Source: a virus (Duplodnaviria > Caudoviricetes). From it: DNA of 64,000 bases. The notes under the pieces were generated by a model. It had not been told where the DNA came from. It did no database searches and saw only the letters and a program-made list of their open reading frames with translations. Below are positions 58,834 through 64,000 of the stretch, one piece after another. The position numbers were made by a program, and so were the translations under genes. Location: IMG/VR virus record IMGVR_UViG_3300021431_000079, positions 101,007-165,006 of that record; one strand, given 5' to 3'. Within the stretch, counting starts at the first letter, position 1, and every line of letters starts with the position of its first letter.

Positions 58834-59661
58834 TTATGTAATAGGAATGGTCTCACGAGAGATTTCTGTACCACATGCAGAACAATAAACTACAGAATCA
58901 TAACTGGTTGCGGTTTCGTTTTCTCTCACAGGTTCACCCGGAGTATGAACACTACTATCATATCCAGTTGAAACAGTTCTACGAGAGATCTCTTCACCAC
59001 AGACTTTACAATACACAACTCTTTCATAGCTTCCTTCAATAGAACACGTTCCTGCAATTACATTTTCTCTTACAACATTACCACTTGTGTGAGCCTTCTT
59101 TTCAGATGGCCTTGACTCTCTGGCGATCTCCTGACCACAGAAACGGCAATAAGTTACCAAATCATTTATTCCTTCGGCAGTACAAGTAGCGGCCTTTTTG
59201 ACCTCAACCTTCGTATATCCCGCAACATGATCTCGCACTGGTATTGTTACATTCTTATACTGTGTAGTAAAAGCACTATTTGTAAAAGTGGCAACATATT
59301 GCATCTCACCAGTTTCTGAACAAGTAGCAGATGATATTGTTGTAGAAGTCGTATTCACTGTCTCGGTTTCAGCACCATCCTCATCTATATTATCATCACC
59401 AATCAATCTTTTATTATAACCAATTAAATTTGCATTTCTTATGCGTGTCTGATTATTCGTAGGCGTTTTAGTAAAAAGATAATAGTTCTTGACATTATTA
59501 TTTCCAATACCACCTAATATCTTTTTGAATATTTTCTTCCCATTTGTTGTAGCATATACACCATCCACATCAATGTTACTATTGGGAATTTCTTCTCTCT
59601 CAGCAGTAACAGTGCTGTTATCCTGCGCCCACGAATATGTCGGTGCATAGTATTGTTTCAT
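58834..59661 (-). CDS. Protein with tandem Cys/His Zn-knuckle repeats
   Basis: Repeats of H..G....E...ATC...G.....YCxxCG.EISRE. Confidence 0.7.
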   Translation of the reverse strand: MKQYYAPTYSWAQDNSTVTAEREEIPNSNIDVDGVYATTNGKKIFKKILGGIGNNNVKNYYLFTKTPTNNQTRIRNANLIGYNKRLIGDDNIDEDGAETETVNTTSTTISSATCSETGEMQYVATFTNSAFTTQYKNVTIPVRDHVAGYTKVEVKKAATCTAEGINDLVTYCRFCGQEIARESRPSEKKAHTSGNVVRENVIAGTCSIEGSYERVVYCKVCGEEISRRTVSTGYDSSVHTPGEPVRENETATSYDSVVYCSACGTEISRETIPIT

Positions 59662-59679
59662 GTTCCTGTCTCCATTTTA

Positions 59680-60192
59680 TTATTCATTTGTTTCAAACAA
59701 ATATAATACAAGCCAATGCTCACAAGGACTAATAGCCGCATCTGTTGGATTATAAATTGCATACAAAGCCGTTAACGGTTTTGGATCAATAATAAACTTA
59801 CCATCATTATCTGTTTTTAATATAGGCATTATCTCTGTAGATAATAATCCACTTGACAAAGCCAGAGCAGGCTGTGTATATATTAATTTCAAGTTGGCAG
59901 GATTACCAAATTCAAATGGGGCTACCTGTGCTATTATTTTGTATGATGTATTAGGCTTTATTTTATCAATATCACCATATGCCTTGTAATCACCATCAGC
60001 TTTTGCTATATGTGTATTTAAAATATTAGCCAATGGAATACGATCAATAACAGAAGAATTAGAACTAACTGATCTGATAGAATATATTAGCCTAATATAC
60101 AGCATACCATCATTACATTTGCCACCATTTAATAATCTCTGATATGTCTCTCTTCCATCAGCAGTTAATTCACTTAAATTATCTATATTCAT
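59680..60192 (-). CDS. Hypothetical protein
   Basis: Likely start MNIDNL after AGGAG. Confidence 0.55.
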   Translation of the reverse strand: MNIDNLSELTADGRETYQRLLNGGKCNDGMLYIRLIYSIRSVSSNSSVIDRIPLANILNTHIAKADGDYKAYGDIDKIKPNTSYKIIAQVAPFEFGNPANLKLIYTQPALALSSGLLSTEIMPILKTDNDGKFIIDPKPLTALYAIYNPTDAAISPCEHWLVLYLFETNE

Positions 60193-60778
60193 GATATGTA
60201 TTAGCTCCTTCCTCGGATACTTCAGACGTATGATTCGGTACATCAGCATCGTTGTCTACCACTACCCATGTATACGATTCTGGTTCACATATAGTGTGAA
60301 CAAAACTATTTTCACCACCGTGTTCCTCATAATCCCTTATCAAACCAATAAAAGCTTCTTTTTCCATAGCAGTCCACTGTTTATCTACGCTATACTTTCT
60401 GTATCGTTGTGCTATCTTATCTTTAAGATCCGCTCTCTTTGTAGCGTTCGTCTTATCAATCATTGAGTCGAATTTTTCATTCAATCTTGCCATAGCCATA
60501 GTTAGTTTATCTATATCTGCCTTTAAAGCACTATTATGATTCTTGGATTCTTCAATCATGTTCGTCTGACTTTTTTCCACTTCATCTAATCTTCCAATCG
60601 TTTTTATCAATAAGTCATGTTCTTCGTTCCTCTTTCTTACACGTTTGAACTCAATACCGAACTGTCCAATGAACCACTTCACAGATTCTATTACTACCTT
60701 TAACCCTCCTACAACAATAAGAATACTGAGTAGGAGAGTAGGCAAGTCGATATTGAGTGCTTCTTTCAACTCGCTCAT
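60179..60778 (-). CDS. Membrane protein (N-terminal TM, coiled coil, YEEHGGEN motif)
   Basis: Hydrophobic helix followed by a coiled coil. Confidence 0.6.
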   Translation of the reverse strand: MSELKEALNIDLPTLLLSILIVVGGLKVVIESVKWFIGQFGIEFKRVRKRNEEHDLLIKTIGRLDEVEKSQTNMIEESKNHNSALKADIDKLTMAMARLNEKFDSMIDKTNATKRADLKDKIAQRYRKYSVDKQWTAMEKEAFIGLIRDYEEHGGENSFVHTICEPESYTWVVVDNDADVPNHTSEVSEEGANTYHEYR

Positions 60779-60931
60779 TGTTTTTATTATTCCCTTCTTG
60801 AAGCGTTTTTGTTATATTTGTGATACTAAGTGTTGGTTATAATATGTAATGTATATTACTGATATATTGGTGAGTTGTAATAGAGGTTGATATAGGTTGT
60901 ATACATGTTAATCCTTTCTTATTTATAACCA

Positions 60932-61524
60932 TTATCCGATATTTGGTGAGCCATATATATAACCATCGTTTCCTACCCATAAAGAATCTAAACGAACTGT
61001 CACACTACCAAATGTAATAGTTGCATCTAACGTTCCTATACAAACCACTTCATTTTCATTTGACGATGTTTCCCCCGTAGGTAAAAACATAAACAAGCTA
61101 CCGACCGGATGTATTACTGGCTCACCGCTCACAACAGCACGATAAAGGAAAACATCACAAACAGATTCGGGAACATTCAATGTAGAATTTGCCGTGATAT
61201 TACACCTCATAGACATATAGCCCGTAAGCGCAGTGTCAGGCGTATATATTAAACTTTGTGGAACGTATTCGGGAGATTCGCCATTTAGGACAACATCACC
61301 AGATGCGATTAAATCGGGCAAAAACCGTCCGCCCTGCTTCATCTCTTCCAGTTCAGCCGCACTCACACTAACCTCATTCTCAGTACCCTTCCCAAGAGTA
61401 AGTCCACCAGTAGCCTCTAACTCACTAACAACCTCACCACTATCTAAGTCTAACAGTTCCTTTATATCCTTCTTGGCTTCATCTGTAAGATAGCTGTCGT
61501 TTTTTTTTTTTTTTGATTATCCAT
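60932..61524 (-). pseudogene. Fibre-like gene out of frame at a 5' poly-A tract (A15)
   Basis: GAGGTG RBS and ATG at 61524. The main frame (DSYLTDEAKKDIKELLDLD...) needs A13 or A16. Confidence 0.65.
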
Positions 61525-61528
61525 ATTA

Positions 61529-62671
61529 TTACACCTCGTTATTGTATTTTAAATATAATTTAATCATGTTAATCACATAATCCAAATCTTCATAGGATAC
61601 ATTATTATCAATTGTAAATCTCACACATGATGATGCTTCTTCATCAGAATAACCAAGCGCTTTTATTACATGAGATGGTTCATCAACATGAGATGAGCAA
61701 GCAGATCCAGTTGAAGCACAAATACCTTTATCATTCAAGAACTGAACAATATTTCCACCATCAATACCTTGGAACATAACACAGATATTATTAGGAAGTC
61801 TATATATCTTATTTCCAATTACCTTTAGCCCAATATTCTCAATTGAAGTCATAAACGCCTGTTGTCTTGAAAGAAGATCAGAATAAAACTCTATGTTATG
61901 TTTATCCAGTTCACTAAATGCAACAGACAAACAAGAAACCCCAATAACATTTTCTGTACCGCCTATCAGTCCTTGTTCTCCAAAAATGACAGGGAGAACA
62001 TTCACACCAGACCTTACATACAACAGTCCAGTTCCCTTGATACATCTGATTTTCTGACCAGACATAGACAACATATCAATACCAAGTTTTTCTACGTCCA
62101 TAGGAAAATGAGCTATAAACTGCGTAGCATCTGTATGGTACACTCCACCATATTCATGTGTAAGTCTGGATAGAAGAGTAGTGTACTGTACCACACCGAT
62201 TTCATTGTTTGCTATTTGTATTGTTACTAAGAACTTTTTGCTTCTTTCTTTTAATTCACTTATTATTCCTTCGAATATTGCAATATCTATGAACCCATTT
62301 TTATCAACTGGAACTTCTATACACTCTATGCCAGTACCTTTGAGATAATTAACAAGCATCATAATATCGTTGTGTTCAATAGAAGAGTAGACTATCACAC
62401 CATCTGGATTTGCCCTCAACCATCCTTGAATAGCAAGATTGTTCGCCATAGTTGCACCAGTTGTAAAATACAATTCATCTGGTAAACAATTCAAATAATG
62501 AGAAATATTCTTTTTAGCATCCTCTATTTTTGCTTTCGCCTTAAATCCAACCTCATGAACAGAAGAGGGGTTACCATAAATATCTCTTGCACAGTTTATC
62601 ATCTCTTGAATCACAGCTTCAGATGGTTTTGTTGATGCGGCAGTATCCATATAAATTTCTTTATGTTTCAT
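61529..62671 (-). CDS. Cysteine desulfurase (IscS/NifS family)
   Basis: YMDTAAST, GNPSS, HTDATQ, SGQK (PLP lysine), GGTEN, STGSACSS. Confidence 0.92.
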   Translation of the reverse strand: MKHKEIYMDTAASTKPSEAVIQEMINCARDIYGNPSSVHEVGFKAKAKIEDAKKNISHYLNCLPDELYFTTGATMANNLAIQGWLRANPDGVIVYSSIEHNDIMMLVNYLKGTGIECIEVPVDKNGFIDIAIFEGIISELKERSKKFLVTIQIANNEIGVVQYTTLLSRLTHEYGGVYHTDATQFIAHFPMDVEKLGIDMLSMSGQKIRCIKGTGLLYVRSGVNVLPVIFGEQGLIGGTENVIGVSCLSVAFSELDKHNIEFYSDLLSRQQAFMTSIENIGLKVIGNKIYRLPNNICVMFQGIDGGNIVQFLNDKGICASTGSACSSHVDEPSHVIKALGYSDEEASSCVRFTIDNNVSYEDLDYVINMIKLYLKYNNEV

Positions 62672-62675
62672 TATG

Positions 62676-63020
62676 TTATTCTCCGTATTCATTTTGATGT
62701 TGTGTGTACTCTGTCTGCTCAATCAGGCTATATTTGATTTGCAGTGGCAATACCACAAACTCCGTATCAACATCACCAGTATCAGCACGATACAAGTCAA
62801 TTATCTCAAGCGCTACGTGCATGGAGTATGTTTTTGTAGCTCCTTCAATATCTTCTACAAAAAAGTATTTATACACTGTTTCAGCAGGAACTACACTATC
62901 TGTTTGTTTGTATACGTGTTCCTTAATATATTTTAAATATTGCACAGGCTCAGAAGGATCTGCTAAGATTGCAATAACATATTTCCTTTTTACACATACC
63001 TCGTGTTCGATTTCTCTCAT
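62676..63020 (-). CDS. Hypothetical protein
   Basis: AAGGAG RBS; ORF track. Confidence 0.6.
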   Translation of the reverse strand: MREIEHEVCVKRKYVIAILADPSEPVQYLKYIKEHVYKQTDSVVPAETVYKYFFVEDIEGATKTYSMHVALEIIDLYRADTGDVDTEFVVLPLQIKYSLIEQTEYTQHQNEYGE

Positions 63021-63021
63021 T

Positions 63022-63249
63022 TTATTCTAATTCTCCTTTACACCACAGATCATATACCTCTTTTGTGTTGCGTTTATTCACTATAAACACAAGAACAGGA
63101 ACGTTGTTGAAGTTTATACTTGGGTATATATCCAACAACTCTACTCCGTGTTTCATATATGCAATTATCTGTTGTGTATTTAATATACGCACTACATCTT
63201 GTAGCGCATATGTTTTCCCAGTTACATTACTTGTAACATATTCTTTCAT
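63022..63249 (-). CDS. Conserved small phage protein
   Basis: AGAGG RBS; Q..AY.KHGV.LLDIY...LVF pattern. Confidence 0.6.
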   Translation of the reverse strand: MKEYVTSNVTGKTYALQDVVRILNTQQIIAYMKHGVELLDIYPSINFNNVPVLVFIVNKRNTKEVYDLWCKGELE

Positions 63250-63416
63250 CGTTTTTATCCTCTTATATTAAATGTAATAAATCAATATAAATTAAAATTG
63301 GCGTGCAAATAGAGTATTATATATATTTACTATTTGATTATTTTAAAATTTTTCTCTCGGTTTGGGTTGTGTGTCGGTGTGGGTTGTAGCAGGGGTTGTT
63401 ATATGTGGTGTACATT

Positions 63417-64000
63417 TTATTCCTCCAATGAGTAAACACCGGCTACATAGATGCCTGATCCTGTAGAATATCCTTCTACCACTGTTTCGCCTGTTCTGTT
63501 GATAACATTGATAGCAAACCCAGTTAACGTATCAATCTGATTTCTATTCAAATAGTAATCGTGAAACGTGTCCTTAGTAAACATCGGCACATAGTCCAGT
63601 TTTGCGGTATTTGCATTAACAGCCTGCCGTACACCGGGAGCTATCAGATAAAACTGTATTGCACCGCTATCTTTCATCCACTGTTTTAATCTCGTAAGAT
63701 CATAAAAACTGTATTCAAAAACCACAGCAGCATAGGGATTAATTGTCTGAAACGGAGAAGAGATATTAAAGCCGCCAACTCCAATAATGCTTTCCTTGCT
63801 CTGTTTCATCGCCGCCAGTTCCGCCGCCGTTACGCTTGTTTCATCCTCCGTTCCCTTGCCAAGGGTCAGTCCTTCAGTGGTCTCTATTTGAGTTGCGAAA
63901 GAAGATGGTTGTTCGTCACCATCCAAATCCAACATCTCTTTAATATCTTTTTTTGCCTCTTCGGTTAAATAGCTATCGTTTTTTTTTTTTTTTTTGATTA
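63417..64000 (-). CDS. Paralog of 60932-61524 with a 5' poly-A tract (A17); start lies outside the window
   Basis: DSYLTEEAKKDIKEMLDLD...GLTLGKGTEDETSVTAAEL. Confidence 0.6.
   Translation of the reverse strand, partial: IKKKKKNDSYLTEEAKKDIKEMLDLDGDEQPSSFATQIETTEGLTLGKGTEDETSVTAAELAAMKQSKESIIGVGGFNISSPFQTINPYAAVVFEYSFYDLTRLKQWMKDSGAIQFYLIAPGVRQAVNANTAKLDYVPMFTKDTFHDYYLNRNQIDTLTGFAINVINRTGETVVEGYSTGSGIYVAGVYSLEE

Noticed and set aside
1-64000. Stop-codon reassignment
   Set aside because: Very long genes are intact in the standard code, and the micro-ORFs have their own starts and mostly end in TAA.

Overview
A 64-kb segment of a large, AT-rich, temperate siphovirus-like phage, probably infecting an anaerobic Firmicute (Clostridia-like). 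No host genes are visible. The + strand (1-18.9 kb) carries nucleotide metabolism (nrdH-like, nrdD, nrdG, dut, a frameshifted kinase), a radical SAM pair, an RNA ligase, a dense block of micro-genes and a large serine integrase. The - strand (19-64 kb) carries lysis genes, two tail fibres, a tyrosine recombinase, baseplate, Tal, Dit, a 4936-aa tape measure, RusA and a cysteine desulfurase. The best candidate for an undescribed system is an integron-like cassette system. A degenerate site, TTAAA-N6/7-TTTAA with a spacer often GGACGC or GAGCGC, lies in frame inside a tail-fibre gene and again right after its stop codon. It also separates the small cassettes running up to a promoter-bearing tyrosine recombinase, and it punctuates a second array of about 20 micro-ORFs at 11.4-15.0 kb. 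One cassette gene has a paralog at 16.1 kb (39/52 identical residues). Separately, two paralogous fibre-like genes are out of frame at 5' poly-A tracts. All functional calls come from motif recognition by eye; no searches were run.
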